A stretch of DNA of 64,000 nucleotides, from assembly GCA_033764955.1 (NCBI GenBank), contig JANRIL010000011.1, positions 16,896-80,895 of the forward strand. The letters run 5' to 3'. The notes beneath the pieces were generated by a model. The model had not been told where the DNA came from, ran no database searches, and was given only the letters and a program-made list of their open reading frames with translations. The position numbers and the translations under genes are program-made. The stretch's first letter is position 1. Every line of letters starts with the position of its first letter. Source of the DNA: Cyanobacteriota bacterium (GTDB lineage Bacteria > Cyanobacteriota > Cyanobacteriia > Thermostichales > Thermostichaceae). Positions 1-9,607 of this stretch are shown here, in pieces.

Positions 1-1
1 T

Positions 2-475
2 CAGGGAGGAGGAGCCAGCCGCAACTACCAGCCCATTCACGTCTCTACCACCTCCCAACTGAGCCGTAGTCTCTTGGTGACGGGCTTTGCCTATGATCGG
101 CGGGAAACCCCTGATAACAATTACGCTGAATTCTGCCACTTTACCCACCTCACTCAAGGGGTACGGCGAGCCGGATCCGCCGCCCTCGATCTCGCCATGG
201 TGGCTAGCGGACAACTGGATGGCTATTGGGAACGAGGACTCTCCGCCTGGGATATTACCGCCGGTATTGTCTTGGTGCGAGAAGCAGGAGGTTCCGTCAC
301 TGCCTACGACGGTAGCCCTGTCAATGTCTTTAGCGGACGCCTCTTAGCTAGCAACGGCTTCCTCCACCCCCAGATGCAAGCCGAGCTAGCCAAAGTCACC
401 CCACTGGCAGAGGTGTTTCCCCTAGGACGAGAAGCTGCTTCCCCTTCCTTCGCCCCTGAGGAGGCTCAGTCGTGA
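2..475 (+). CDS. inositol monophosphatase family protein, C-terminal part (5' end outside window)
   Basis: Frame is open from base 2. The translation ...SLLVTGFAYDRR...RRAGSAALDLAMVASGQLDGYWERGLSAWDITAGIVLVREAGG matches the conserved IMPase C-terminal region. Confidence 0.8.
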   Translation, partial: QGGGASRNYQPIHVSTTSQLSRSLLVTGFAYDRRETPDNNYAEFCHFTHLTQGVRRAGSAALDLAMVASGQLDGYWERGLSAWDITAGIVLVREAGGSVTAYDGSPVNVFSGRLLASNGFLHPQMQAELAKVTPLAEVFPLGREAASPSFAPEEAQS

Positions 476-1395
476 TCCATTTTCAGCCTTCCCGGAGGAT
501 CCCTAAGCGCTCTATAGCCTCCTCGATCTCATCCTCCATCTGTAGCGGAGCCATCGCTATCCTGGGTGGACTATGGCTGCTTTCTCCGCTTGCTTTTGCC
601 CAACCCAGTCCTTCTCCCACGTCACTATTTCCAACTAGCCCCGATCGGCATTGGCAGTCCATTCAACAATCGGGAACACTGCGGGTAGGGTTGGATCCCA
701 GTTTAGGAGCCACCTACCTCTATGCGGATCCGGCGAACAACACCTATCGAGGATTTGAATGGGATATTCTGAAGGCAATGGTGGAGCCTTTAGGGCTTAA
801 ACTTCAAACGGTTTACATCCCTTGGAGCCAACAACTACAAGCCCTCACCGATGGAGAGGTAGATTTGGTGATGGGAGCCAGAGAAGCAACGGGTCTCGAT
901 CCGGAACGATTTCTGGCATCGCAGCCCTACTACCGCAGTCCCCAACGGCTGGTGATAGCCGCCAATAACCCAGAGTCTATTGAAGATCTATCAAATTTGT
1001 TCGGCAAAAAAGTGGGAATTGTAGTCGATAGCACAGGAGCCGCTTTACTGGAGACGTACAACCAAAGTCGGGGAAATGCGATTAGACTATTTGCTACTAG
1101 CAATCCCGAACGGTTGTTTGCCCAGCTTGAGGCGGGTCAGTTGGATGCTGTCCTGATTGATCAACCGGTAGCTGTGGCGGCCATTCAAAAGGCAACTCCT
1201 ACCCTCAAAATGGTGGGATCCCCTCTCTTTCCCACCCCCTTGGTCGTGGTAATGGCTGCTAATCATGGTTCGCTCAAACAGGCTCTCGATCAATCCCTGA
1301 CCACGCTCACAAACGATGGCACCTTAAAAGCAATTTTGGAGGAATGGCAGCTATGGGATCCAGTGGCGATGCCCCTCGCATCGAGCGAGGACTAG
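472..1395 (+). CDS. periplasmic substrate-binding protein (family 3, amino-acid ABC transporter type)
   Basis: N-terminal signal/TM segment, then an SBP_bac_3-like pattern (GTLRVGLD..., GEVDLVMG, YY, QLDAVLIDQPVA). Confidence 0.7.
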   Translation: MIHFQPSRRIPKRSIASSISSSICSGAIAILGGLWLLSPLAFAQPSPSPTSLFPTSPDRHWQSIQQSGTLRVGLDPSLGATYLYADPANNTYRGFEWDILKAMVEPLGLKLQTVYIPWSQQLQALTDGEVDLVMGAREATGLDPERFLASQPYYRSPQRLVIAANNPESIEDLSNLFGKKVGIVVDSTGAALLETYNQSRGNAIRLFATSNPERLFAQLEAGQLDAVLIDQPVAVAAIQKATPTLKMVGSPLFPTPLVVVMAANHGSLKQALDQSLTTLTNDGTLKAILEEWQLWDPVAMPLASSED

Positions 1396-2330
1396 CTCAA
1401 TACGAGCCTGACTACTATGCGATTTTGGGCGTGCCGGTCAATGTTGAGTCCAAAGATCTGCGTAAGCGATCCAAACAGGTGGCGATGGCGCTCCACCCCG
1501 ATCGCTTTGTCAGCCAGCCACAACTGAAATCTCAGGCGGAATGGCTTTTTTCTAAGCTTTTTAGTAAAGCCAATGAACTGATGAAAAGCGATACGGAGCG
1601 AGCAGAGTATGATACGCTACTTCAACTACGCATCCGTCGTTTAACCAGCGGTGGAACAGGTGACCTCTGGCCCAGCACGCCCGTGGTCAAGCTCCTCCGC
1701 AACGCCCGCAATTGGGAGGCTGAATATGTTAAGCAGGTTGGTAAAATTGCTGAAACCCAATATCAGTCTCTCGATCAGGTGCTAGAGCGGACTGCCGAAC
1801 TGAGCGAACTGAACCTAACCTACCTCCTATTAAAAGCGGGTTATGCCGGTAGTGTCCCTAGTGCCACCACCTCTGGATTTAGTGCGGCACGGATCCCGGT
1901 TACGCCCGTACCGGTTGCCCCCAGCCCCATCGACACCCCCACCAGTCCTCCCAAGTCAAACGCCAGCGAGGTTCGCTACGTGCAGGCTTTAGACATGATT
2001 GAACGTCAACAATACAAGGAGGCTATCCAATATCTGGGCATTGCCATTCAATCAGAACCCAAAAATGCCCGCTACTATGTGCGACGGGGAGTTGCCTATC
2101 AACGTATGGGTAATCGCGGCATGGCTAGAGCCGATTACCTGCAAGCGCTTCGTTTGGATCCCGATAACATGGAAGCCAAGCAAGGGGTCAAAGAAACCAC
2201 GGATGTGACCACAGGCAACCATGCCGCTGGGGGCAAAGCAACCTCCCAACCTCAAAAGATTAGTCCTAAAGATAAACCTAATGATGGAGGCGGTTTCTTG
2301 GGCAAGATTTTTGGAGGGAAAAAAAGCTAA
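1344..2330 (+). CDS. DnaJ (J-domain) plus TPR repeat protein
   Basis: J-domain signature YYAILGVPVNVESKDLRKRSKQVAMALHPDRF. C-terminal TPR-like repeats (YKEAIQYLGIAIQSEPKNARYYVRRGVAYQRMGN...). The exact start is uncertain because the ORF overlaps the upstream gene by 52 nt. Confidence 0.7.
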   Translation: MAAMGSSGDAPRIERGLAQYEPDYYAILGVPVNVESKDLRKRSKQVAMALHPDRFVSQPQLKSQAEWLFSKLFSKANELMKSDTERAEYDTLLQLRIRRLTSGGTGDLWPSTPVVKLLRNARNWEAEYVKQVGKIAETQYQSLDQVLERTAELSELNLTYLLLKAGYAGSVPSATTSGFSAARIPVTPVPVAPSPIDTPTSPPKSNASEVRYVQALDMIERQQYKEAIQYLGIAIQSEPKNARYYVRRGVAYQRMGNRGMARADYLQALRLDPDNMEAKQGVKETTDVTTGNHAAGGKATSQPQKISPKDKPNDGGGFLGKIFGGKKS

Positions 2331-2431
2331 TTTCTGTTGAGATCTTCTTGAGACTCTCTAGAATCTCTTGCGTGAAGTGAGTGTCATTAAAAATGCTTGA
2401 TTCAAGATTAAAAGAGACAAAATTCACTTAG

Positions 2432-3136
2432 ATGTCTGAGCATACCGGATTCAGCTATCAATCCATCGAAACATCCTATGCAGAAACCGTTGATCTGCGA
2501 CCAATGAATGCCTATTATGAACGTCCAGCTATGCTTTCATTACTCCCTGATCTTCTAAATAAAAAGGTGCTAGATGTTGGTTGTGGAACTGGCTGGTATA
2601 GTGAGCAGCTTGTTGGGCGGGGGGCGCAAGTCACCGCTTTTGATCTGAATCAAGAATTTGTTAGACAAACTGAGCAACGACTGAATCAGAAAGCAATCAT
2701 CCTTCAAGCAGATTTGTCCTGCCCCCTAACATTTGCTAGAGATAGACAGTTTGACCTAGTTATTTGTCCTCTGGTTATGCACTACTTAAAATCTTGGCAG
2801 CCTGTGTTTGATGAGTTCTTTCGGATTTTGAAGCCTGGGGGAATCCTTTTATTTTCCACCCACCATCCTTTTTCCGATTGGAAAGAATTTCAGAAAGAGG
2901 ACTATTTCGCCCTAGATCTACTGGAAGATGAATGGGATATTGGCAATGTTCAATTTTACCGTCGCCCACTCAGTCTGATGACGTCAGATCTATACGAATC
3001 GGGATTTTGTATTGAACGGATTGTGGAGCCTCAACCCACAGAATCCTTCCGTCAGGCACGGCCTGAATGGTATGAGCGATTGATGAAGTCTCCCTGGTTT
3101 TTGATCATTCGCGCCCACAAGCTTGCCGCTGTCTAG
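2432..3136 (+). CDS. class I SAM-dependent methyltransferase
   Basis: Motif I VLDVGCGTGWYSEQL and post-I/II pattern (FDLVICPLVMHY, LKPGGILLFS). Confidence 0.75.
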   Translation: MSEHTGFSYQSIETSYAETVDLRPMNAYYERPAMLSLLPDLLNKKVLDVGCGTGWYSEQLVGRGAQVTAFDLNQEFVRQTEQRLNQKAIILQADLSCPLTFARDRQFDLVICPLVMHYLKSWQPVFDEFFRILKPGGILLFSTHHPFSDWKEFQKEDYFALDLLEDEWDIGNVQFYRRPLSLMTSDLYESGFCIERIVEPQPTESFRQARPEWYERLMKSPWFLIIRAHKLAAV

Positions 3137-3192
3137 TGAAGCCATTATCCCCATTTCCCTATCTAGCCCAGAATCTTTGCTCCCCTATTCCT

Positions 3193-3999
3193 ATGTCAGG
3201 CCAACCCACCTACCATGCCACGGGCATCAATCTGAAAACCATGCCGTTGGGGGAGTCGGATCGGTTAGTGACCATTTTGACAAAAGAGGAGGGATTGATC
3301 CGTGCCGTCGCTAAGGGATCCCGTAAGCAGCCCTCCAAGTTGGGGGGGCGGATGGAACCCTTTGTGGTCAACGAGCTAGTGCTGTTGCGGGGTAAGGGAT
3401 CCCCTGGCGATCCACAAGGAGGTTTGCAACGGATCACCCAGGCGGAAACCCTGCGGAGCTTTCCTCGGCTGGGGCGGAGTCTGGCTCAGTTAACCGCTGC
3501 TCAATATCTGGCTGAGGTGGCCTTGACGCAAGCCCTCTCTGGCCATTCCCAAGAAGAATTGTTTGTCCTGCTGCTGGAACACCTGCAACGGTTAGAAGCC
3601 GCTTCCGCCCCAGAGGTCTTGCCCCTATTGAGTCATGCCCTCTTTCACCTTCTAGCGTTAGCCGGGGTTGCCCCTCAAGTGCAGCATTGCCATTTTTGCC
3701 AAAAACAGCTCTGTCTTTCGCGGCTAGCTCCCCTGGATGTGCATTTTAGCTTGAGTGTTGGAGGGGTGATTTGTGATGCCTGCGCCATTGCCCATCGTCC
3801 TCAGCCCCTGTCTCTGCTTTCGCCAATGGTGTTGAGCCTCTTGCAACAGCTTTCCCAAGCCAGCCTCGATTGGGGATCCCTGTCGGCTAGCGATACTGGG
3901 TGGCTAGGAGCCGAGTCATTGCTGCGGCGAGCCATTGAGTATCACACGGAGCGACCTGTACGTTCTGCCACCCTGATCGACCATTGCTGGCCTCCATGA
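3193..3999 (+). CDS. recO: DNA repair protein RecO
   Basis: YHATGINLKTMPLGESDRLVTILTKEEGLIRAVAKGSRKQPSKLGGRMEPF is a typical RecO OB-fold N-terminus. A C-terminal Cys cluster (HCHFCQ...CDAC) is present. ATG at 3193 was chosen over the longer ORF start at 3136. Confidence 0.85.
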   Translation: MSGQPTYHATGINLKTMPLGESDRLVTILTKEEGLIRAVAKGSRKQPSKLGGRMEPFVVNELVLLRGKGSPGDPQGGLQRITQAETLRSFPRLGRSLAQLTAAQYLAEVALTQALSGHSQEELFVLLLEHLQRLEAASAPEVLPLLSHALFHLLALAGVAPQVQHCHFCQKQLCLSRLAPLDVHFSLSVGGVICDACAIAHRPQPLSLLSPMVLSLLQQLSQASLDWGSLSASDTGWLGAESLLRRAIEYHTERPVRSATLIDHCWPP

Positions 4000-4245
4000 C
4001 CTCTAACCCCCATAACATCGATAGGTGATGGATGCAGCATTTTATTATCCAGAACAACCCTTGCCAGAACCATCACCATAGTTAGGCTAAGGCCGAATTT
4101 CACAGAATCTTTTGTCAGGGATCCTTTGCAGAGACATTAAAGCATAACTGCACAAAACCTCATCTTTCCCTACTCATTTTTGCAGGTTGCTCTCAGGCAA
4201 ATTTCTCTATTCTAAAAGAAGAGATTCCCTGTTAGTGCTGCTGTC

Positions 4246-4467
4246 ATGACCCAAGCCCATCTCCCCTACTCCAGCCTTGCCACCCCCTTCTCCCCCGCCT
4301 CTCCCCACCAACCTACCCACAGGGACTGGCGGGATCCCTTGTCTCGCCGCTTCCCCCTACTGTTGATTGGGGTGCCTCTACTCATTAACCTGCTGGTGAT
4401 TGCCGCCGTGACTCCCCCCGATGTCCTGCAACCCTCTCCCGCAACCCTATCTATCTCCCAGCCCTAG
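4246..4467 (+). CDS. small Pro-rich hypothetical protein with one predicted TM segment
   Basis: ORF only. One hydrophobic stretch (FPLLLIGVPLLINLLVIAAV). No recognisable family. Confidence 0.25.
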   Translation: MTQAHLPYSSLATPFSPASPHQPTHRDWRDPLSRRFPLLLIGVPLLINLLVIAAVTPPDVLQPSPATLSISQP

Positions 4468-4879
4468 CTCCTGCCGACAAGCTAGTCAGGAGATACCCAG
4501 CAGGGGTGTTCTTACGACAGCTTCTTAAGAAAAAGTTAAATATCTTCTTAAAATCATCCTGATTAACCGTGTTTTTCTCACTTTCTCCTGTCGGAAGTGG
4601 GGGAGAGAGGTGCTAAATTTAATAGAGTAAAGGTTTGTTCTTGACTAATGTGTTTTAACCTATCTTTTCATCAAGTTGACCTGACTGAAATCGGCTGCTC
4701 GCCTCATCCAGCCCCATCCGCTAGGTTGATTCGTTGAAGAGGTTTGGATATTGATTAAGAACTATGGACTAAATAAGTAGGTAGAGAAAAATACTTACTC
4801 TTTATAGGCAAAATCAGCTTTTTAGCTTTGGATGAGGAACCCCTAGCATTTTGCGCTGCCAGCAGCAGGAGAAACCAGC

Positions 4880-5608
4880 TTGGACGTACAACGGAAAGAA
4901 AGGATCCTGGTTGTGGATGACGAAGCCAGCATCCGCCGGATTTTAGAAACCCGCCTTTCGATGATTGGCTACGATGTGGTCACCGCCTCTGATGGGGAAG
5001 AAGCCCTCGATGTTTTTCATAAGCAGGATCCCGACCTCGTCGTATTAGATGTGATGATGCCCAAGTTGGATGGCTATGGCGTCTGTCAGGAGCTACGCAA
5101 AGAGTCTGATATTCCCATCATCATGCTGACCGCCCTCGGTGATGTCGCAGATCGGATCACGGGGCTGGAATTGGGGGCGGATGATTATGTGGTCAAGCCC
5201 TTTTCCCCCAAAGAGCTAGAAGCCCGCATTCGCTCGGTGCTGCGACGGGTTACCAAAGGTAGCCACGAAGGGATCCCTAGCTCTGGGGTGATTCAGGTCA
5301 GCGATATTCGCATCGATACCAATAAGCGCCAGGTCTATAAGCGAGACGACCGGATCCGCCTGACGGGTATGGAGTTTAGTCTGTTAGAGTTGCTGGTCAG
5401 TCGCTCTGGCGAAGCTTTTTCTCGCTCTGAAATTTTGCAAGAAGTCTGGGGCTATACCCCTGAGCGGCATGTGGATACCCGCGTTGTGGATGTGCATATT
5501 TCCCGCCTGCGCGCCAAGCTAGAAGACGATCCCAGCAATCCTGAGCTGATTTTGACTGCCAGGGGCACAGGCTATCTCTTTCAACGGATTATTCAAGACG
5601 AAGAGTAG
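4880..5608 (+). CDS. rpaB: OmpR-family response regulator RpaB (Ycf27)
   Basis: Near-identical, as I recall it, to the conserved cyanobacterial RpaB core: ILVVDDEASIRRILETRLSMIGYDVVTA...DLVVLDVMMPKLDGYGVCQELRKESDIPIIMLTALGDVADRITGLELGADDYVVKPFSPKELEARIRSVLRRV. TTG start in the ORF track. Confidence 0.9.
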   Translation: MDVQRKERILVVDDEASIRRILETRLSMIGYDVVTASDGEEALDVFHKQDPDLVVLDVMMPKLDGYGVCQELRKESDIPIIMLTALGDVADRITGLELGADDYVVKPFSPKELEARIRSVLRRVTKGSHEGIPSSGVIQVSDIRIDTNKRQVYKRDDRIRLTGMEFSLLELLVSRSGEAFSRSEILQEVWGYTPERHVDTRVVDVHISRLRAKLEDDPSNPELILTARGTGYLFQRIIQDEE

Positions 5609-5629
5609 GCTTGCCCCATTCTGAAGGAG

Positions 5630-5935
5630 CTAAGCGGCTTCCAGAGGAGCCATAGTCAGTCCCTCCTGATCCAGTTGCAGATGATAGAGTTCTGCCTGCT
5701 CTTGGGGGCCAACCCAAACAATCGCTTGTCCTTCCGAATCCACCTGGATCGTGAGTTGGCGAGCTAAGGGTTCGGTCATGCCTGGAATATATTTGAGCAG
5801 GCAGGCGGTGACGTGTTGAAAGGTGTTGAAATCATCATCCAACACAATCACTTTGTAGTTAGGGTAGATCTTCCGCACCAAAGTTGTGGAGCGGGAGGGA
5901 GACTGGCGGGGCTGAGCAGGAGCTTCGGTAGTCAT
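5630..5935 (-). CDS. clpS: ATP-dependent Clp protease adaptor ClpS
   Basis: YKVIVLDDDFNTFQHVTACLLKYIPGMTEPLARQLTIQVDSEGQAIVWVGPQEQAELY is the ClpS core. ATG at 5935 is preferred to the TTG at 5980. Confidence 0.85.
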   Translation of the reverse strand: MTTEAPAQPRQSPSRSTTLVRKIYPNYKVIVLDDDFNTFQHVTACLLKYIPGMTEPLARQLTIQVDSEGQAIVWVGPQEQAELYHLQLDQEGLTMAPLEAA

Positions 5936-6127
5936 CGATCCTGATGGCAGATCACCACTACAAAAGAATTGACCAAACAATTTTGATACTCCACTGCCGT
6001 GAAGGGGCAGGAGGGGATATCCCTATGTTTTGGATACCACAAAACCAAGGGCAGCTAGCATAGTTTTACCAGGGATCCTTAACTATTGCCAAAGATTCTT
6101 GTCCTGGATGGTTTTCTATTCTAGCCG

Positions 6128-7096
6128 TTGCTTTCACCTATGAACTCTAGCCATCTTGTTGTCTTTGCTCGCCAGATTCGTCAGATGGCTCTGGGGCTGG
6201 GTTTTCACAAGGTAGGCATTGCTAATTTGGCTCACCCCCCCGATTTATCTGGTCTCAACCAGTGGTTAGCCCAAGGATATCAAGCGGATATGACCTGGAT
6301 GGAGAATCCTAAGCGAGGGGATCCTGAACAAGTGTTAGCAGGGGCACAGTCACTGATCTGTCTGGCGATGAATTATTACCAGCCGATTCCTCATGTTGAG
6401 CAAAAGGGGATCGGCAAAATTTCCCGCTATGCTTGGGGACGTGACTATCACCGCATTTTAGGCAAACGGCTGAAGTCTCTGTGTCTATGGATCGATGAAC
6501 AGTGCCTGAAAAACGAGATTCTTAATAGCCAAACTCGTTGGTATGTGGATACTGGCCCGATAGCCGAAAAGCCCTGGGCGATGCAGGCGGGCTTAGGCTG
6601 GATTGGCAAAAATGGGCTGTTGCTTACCCGTGAATATGGATCCTGGATTTTTTTGGGGGTGATTTTAACAACCCTCGATCTGCCTGCTGACTTCCCCCAT
6701 ACCTCCCACTGCGGCACCTGCACCCGATGTATGGTGGCCTGTCCTACCGGGGCGATTGTCAGGCCGCAGGTGGTGGATGCCAATCGTTGTTTGGCCTATC
6801 ACACCCTAGAAAGCCATGCCGAAGCGTTTCCCAGTTTTATTCAGAAACACTTACAGGGTTGGGTGGCCGGATGCGATATTTGTCAGGATGTTTGCCCTTG
6901 GAATCAACGCTTTGCTCAGCCTAGTGATATCCCCGATTTTCAGCCCTATCCCTGGAATATCGCCCCTTCTTTGCCGAGATTGGCGACCCTCAAGACAGAG
7001 GAATTTGATCACCAGTTTCCGGCATCAGCTTTGCGTCGTCTCAAGGTGAAGCGGATGCGCCGGAATGCCCAAGCGGCTCTCCAATCTGAAGGCTAG
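6128..7096 (+). CDS. queG: tRNA epoxyqueuosine(34) reductase QueG
   Basis: ISRYAWGRDYH, VDTGPIAEKPWAMQAGLGWIGKNGLLLT, and two 4Fe-4S Cys clusters (CGTCTRCMVACPTGAI; GCDICQDVCPWN). TTG at 6128; alternative ATG at 6140. Confidence 0.9.
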   Translation: MLSPMNSSHLVVFARQIRQMALGLGFHKVGIANLAHPPDLSGLNQWLAQGYQADMTWMENPKRGDPEQVLAGAQSLICLAMNYYQPIPHVEQKGIGKISRYAWGRDYHRILGKRLKSLCLWIDEQCLKNEILNSQTRWYVDTGPIAEKPWAMQAGLGWIGKNGLLLTREYGSWIFLGVILTTLDLPADFPHTSHCGTCTRCMVACPTGAIVRPQVVDANRCLAYHTLESHAEAFPSFIQKHLQGWVAGCDICQDVCPWNQRFAQPSDIPDFQPYPWNIAPSLPRLATLKTEEFDHQFPASALRRLKVKRMRRNAQAALQSEG

Positions 7097-7220
7097 AGAC
7101 TGGCTGGGCAGAGCCGCTCAAGCAGTTTTACCAAATATTGCAATTCCTCTAACCCTGTCATAGATCCACCATACTTTAATCAACACCACTACTAGATAGC
7201 ACCACCCTGAGGGTTTAATC

Positions 7221-7853
7221 ATGACCCAGTTTTTCCGGCCTTTATCCTCTCTGTTGATACTTGGATCCCTGCTAAGCGGGATCCCTGCTTTTGCCACTCC
7301 TCAATCCACAGCTAGCGATCGACTGGGACAGGCTCCCGTAGAGATAGTAGCCCAGAGTTTAGCTAAAGTTCGAATTGGTTCTCTAGAAACCTATGAATAT
7401 GAAACCGGGTTGTTTTCGCTGGGAGTTCCCCAAAATTGGGAGGTAGAAGAGGTTTCTGACTCAGATATTGTGCGGGTGCTATTTACGGATCCTTTGGGCA
7501 ATGCTTTTGTAGTGGTGGCTGTGTTAGCGGCTGAAGAAAAGCTCTCCAGCAATGCTTTGGGATCCTTGCTCCAAAGTGATGTGGAATTAACTTTTGGGGA
7601 AGAACCGGATTTTGATATGGATAAAGATCCGACTCCTCAGGATGACGGCAGTGTTGGTGTTACGTTCACTTTTACCAGCCAAGTGGAGAATCTGGAAGTA
7701 ACCTTACTGGGCAATGCTTTCATTCAGCAGGATGATGATTATTTGTCCTTGATGTATGTGATTGTGCCCCAAGAGCAATTTGATGACCTACAAGCTGATA
7801 TCGATCAAATCATTAATAGCTATTCAATTGATACATCGGTTTCCCTTCCGTAA
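7221..7853 (+). CDS. secreted hypothetical protein (signal peptide)
   Basis: N-terminal signal sequence LSSLLILGSLLSGIPAFA, then an acidic domain. No family recognised. Confidence 0.5.
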   Translation: MTQFFRPLSSLLILGSLLSGIPAFATPQSTASDRLGQAPVEIVAQSLAKVRIGSLETYEYETGLFSLGVPQNWEVEEVSDSDIVRVLFTDPLGNAFVVVAVLAAEEKLSSNALGSLLQSDVELTFGEEPDFDMDKDPTPQDDGSVGVTFTFTSQVENLEVTLLGNAFIQQDDDYLSLMYVIVPQEQFDDLQADIDQIINSYSIDTSVSLP

Positions 7854-7884
7854 GGATCCCTAAGCTAGGGAAATTAGGGATCCT
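7853..7884. terminator. hairpin between convergent genes, built from two GGATCC-containing arms
   Basis: AGGATCCCTAA (7853-7863) is the exact reverse complement of TTAGGGATCCT (7874-7884), with a 10-nt loop. It spans the stop codons of the two convergent genes. Confidence 0.4.
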
Positions 7885-8158
7885 CCATCGGTTTCTCAGG
7901 AGTGGCTATCGAGGTAGGATCGGCTGGCTTCAGATCTGGGACTGGGTCATAGCCGCCCGGGCGAAAGGGATGACAGCGACAGATGCGTTGCAAGCCTAGC
8001 CAGGATCCCCGCACCACCCCAAACCGTTGAACCGCTTCTAGGGTGTATTGAGAACAACTGGGGTAGTAGCGACAGGAACGGGGCAAGACAGGGGAAATTC
8101 CCAGTTGATAACCACGAATGAGCCAGGTGGCAACGGTTTTGGCGGGTTGGCTGGGCAT
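7874..8158 (-). CDS. yidD: membrane protein insertion efficiency factor YidD
   Basis: [58 protein letters not shown] is the YidD signature. Confidence 0.9.
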   Translation of the reverse strand: MPSQPAKTVATWLIRGYQLGISPVLPRSCRYYPSCSQYTLEAVQRFGVVRGSWLGLQRICRCHPFRPGGYDPVPDLKPADPTSIATPEKPMEDP

Positions 8159-8275
8159 GAGCTAGGTAGATTCTCCCGAATAAAGGCAGCAAAACAGAGG
8201 CAGAATTGTAAAGAAATGCAAAGAACTGCTAGGCTGACAGAGGCAACCCTATTCTGTGGTCGGATTGAGTCGGCT

Positions 8276-8689
8276 ATGAGTCCTGAACCCTTTGTGAATC
8301 CTCCTCTCTATTCTGTTGTAGCGGTCACCAATGCCTTCGCGGTTATGTTTGGCATTATTTTCAAAGACATGTTGGAGTATCGGGTTGCCCTCTGGCAAGC
8401 AAATCGAGACCAACAAGCCCAGATTGAATATGTGCGTCCGGGCTTAGTGATCAGCTATCTTCTCACCTGTCTGTGGGTGGGGTTGTTTTTGGCGGCTTGC
8501 TTTCTGGTGATTGGCTTCACGCCTCTCCTGTCGGGGATCACCGCTGCCATCATGGTGGTGCTGACGGGCGGGTTGATTTGGTGGCAGTTGGGATCCCTTT
8601 TGCAGCTATTGGCTGTGGGAGGATCGGAGGCGATTGATATTGATTCCTATGGAGTCGGGGGGCTTTTGGATCGACAACCCAAGGAATAG
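8276..8689 (+). CDS. hypothetical integral membrane protein
   Basis: Three to four hydrophobic helices. ATG at 8276 was chosen because the longer ORF (from 8048) overlaps yidD on the opposite strand. Confidence 0.45.
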   Translation: MSPEPFVNPPLYSVVAVTNAFAVMFGIIFKDMLEYRVALWQANRDQQAQIEYVRPGLVISYLLTCLWVGLFLAACFLVIGFTPLLSGITAAIMVVLTGGLIWWQLGSLLQLLAVGGSEAIDIDSYGVGGLLDRQPKE

Positions 8690-8769
8690 GGAAAAGTTTC
8701 CGGTGACGAGCAGTACCCCTGTCGCTTTGGGGAGAGCGGAATACAATAAACAAGACAATCCTGCTATGT

Positions 8770-9174
8770 GTGGAGGATTTTATGAGCCTTAGTCCTCTCT
8801 CTCCTGTCGAAATCAATCGGGATCCCGTGAGTGAAACTCGCCCTTGGGGATCTTTTACTGTTTTGGAGGAGGGTACAGACTACAAAATTAAGCGGATTGA
8901 GGTGCTGCCACAGCACCGCCTCAGCCTCCAAATGCACTACCATCGCAGTGAACACTGGATCGTGGTATCGGGTACGGCCAAAGTGACCTGTGGCAGCGAA
9001 GAAAAAGTTATTACTACTAACCAATCCACCTATGTTCCTCCTTGCACCAAACATCGCCTCGAAAATCCGGGGGTGATTCCGTTGGTAATTATTGAAGTGC
9101 AAAATGGACAGTATTTGGGAGAGGACGATATTGTTCGGTTTAGTGATGATTATGCCCGCGCTCCCAACGTTTAG
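8770..9174 (+). CDS. cupin-domain mannose-6-phosphate isomerase (type II PMI C-terminal-like)
   Basis: RPWGSFTVLEEGTDYKIKRIEVLPQHRLSLQMHYHRSEHWIVVSGTAKV...HRLENPG...LVIIEVQNGQYLGEDDIVRFSDDY matches the ManC/PMI cupin module. Confidence 0.8.
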   Translation: MEDFMSLSPLSPVEINRDPVSETRPWGSFTVLEEGTDYKIKRIEVLPQHRLSLQMHYHRSEHWIVVSGTAKVTCGSEEKVITTNQSTYVPPCTKHRLENPGVIPLVIIEVQNGQYLGEDDIVRFSDDYARAPNV

Positions 9175-9256
9175 TGGCTTGTAGATTGTTGGCTTATCTA
9201 GGCTAAGGCAGGTTGATCGATGGGTATAGTCAGCTAATCCATTTTTTGACTGAATA

Positions 9257-9607
9257 TTAAAGCTTCAAAAGCCCCTGCCAAAGCCAAAAACTAACCATTC
9301 CCAATCCAATAGTCAAAATCAGGTTTTGGGTTTTCCAGGCCACAAGACTTGCCACCAATGTGCCCATCAATCGCCCTTGGCTGCTGGCTAAATCAATCGA
9401 AAAATGGGATCCCTCCTGTCGGATCAAAACCATCGGCACGATGATGGCAATCAAAATAGCGGGAGGAACATAGTTGAGAGCTTTTAATAAAAATTGAGGC
9501 AGCTCAAGGCGGTGGCTCAACAATAAAGGTATGGTTCGGATCCCAAAGGTAATCAGAGCCATCCCCAACACCAGGAAAATATCCCGCCAGACTAAACTAG
9601 GCATCAA
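9257..9607 (-). CDS. azlD: AzlD-family branched-chain amino acid transport protein
   Basis: Small 4-TM protein immediately downstream of, and overlapping, the azlC-like gene. Confidence 0.65.
   Translation of the reverse strand: MMPSLVWRDIFLVLGMALITFGIRTIPLLLSHRLELPQFLLKALNYVPPAILIAIIVPMVLIRQEGSHFSIDLASSQGRLMGTLVASLVAWKTQNLILTIGLGMVSFWLWQGLLKL

Noticed and set aside
4521-4551. Possible RpaB (HLR1-type) box or other operator in the long rpaB leader: CTTCTTAA repeated at 4521-4528 and 4544-4551, and GTTAAATA/TTAAAAT nearby
   Set aside because: The repeat units do not match the (G/T)TTACA(T/A)(T/A) consensus, and the spacing (12 or 23 nt) is not the 10-nt HLR1 spacing. In an AT-rich spacer this could be chance.
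8048-8275. Upstream extension of the membrane-protein ORF overlapping yidD on the opposite strand
   Set aside because: The extension ([18 protein letters not shown]...) is low-complexity and antisense to the strongly supported yidD. The internal ATG at 8276 gives a compact non-overlapping gene.
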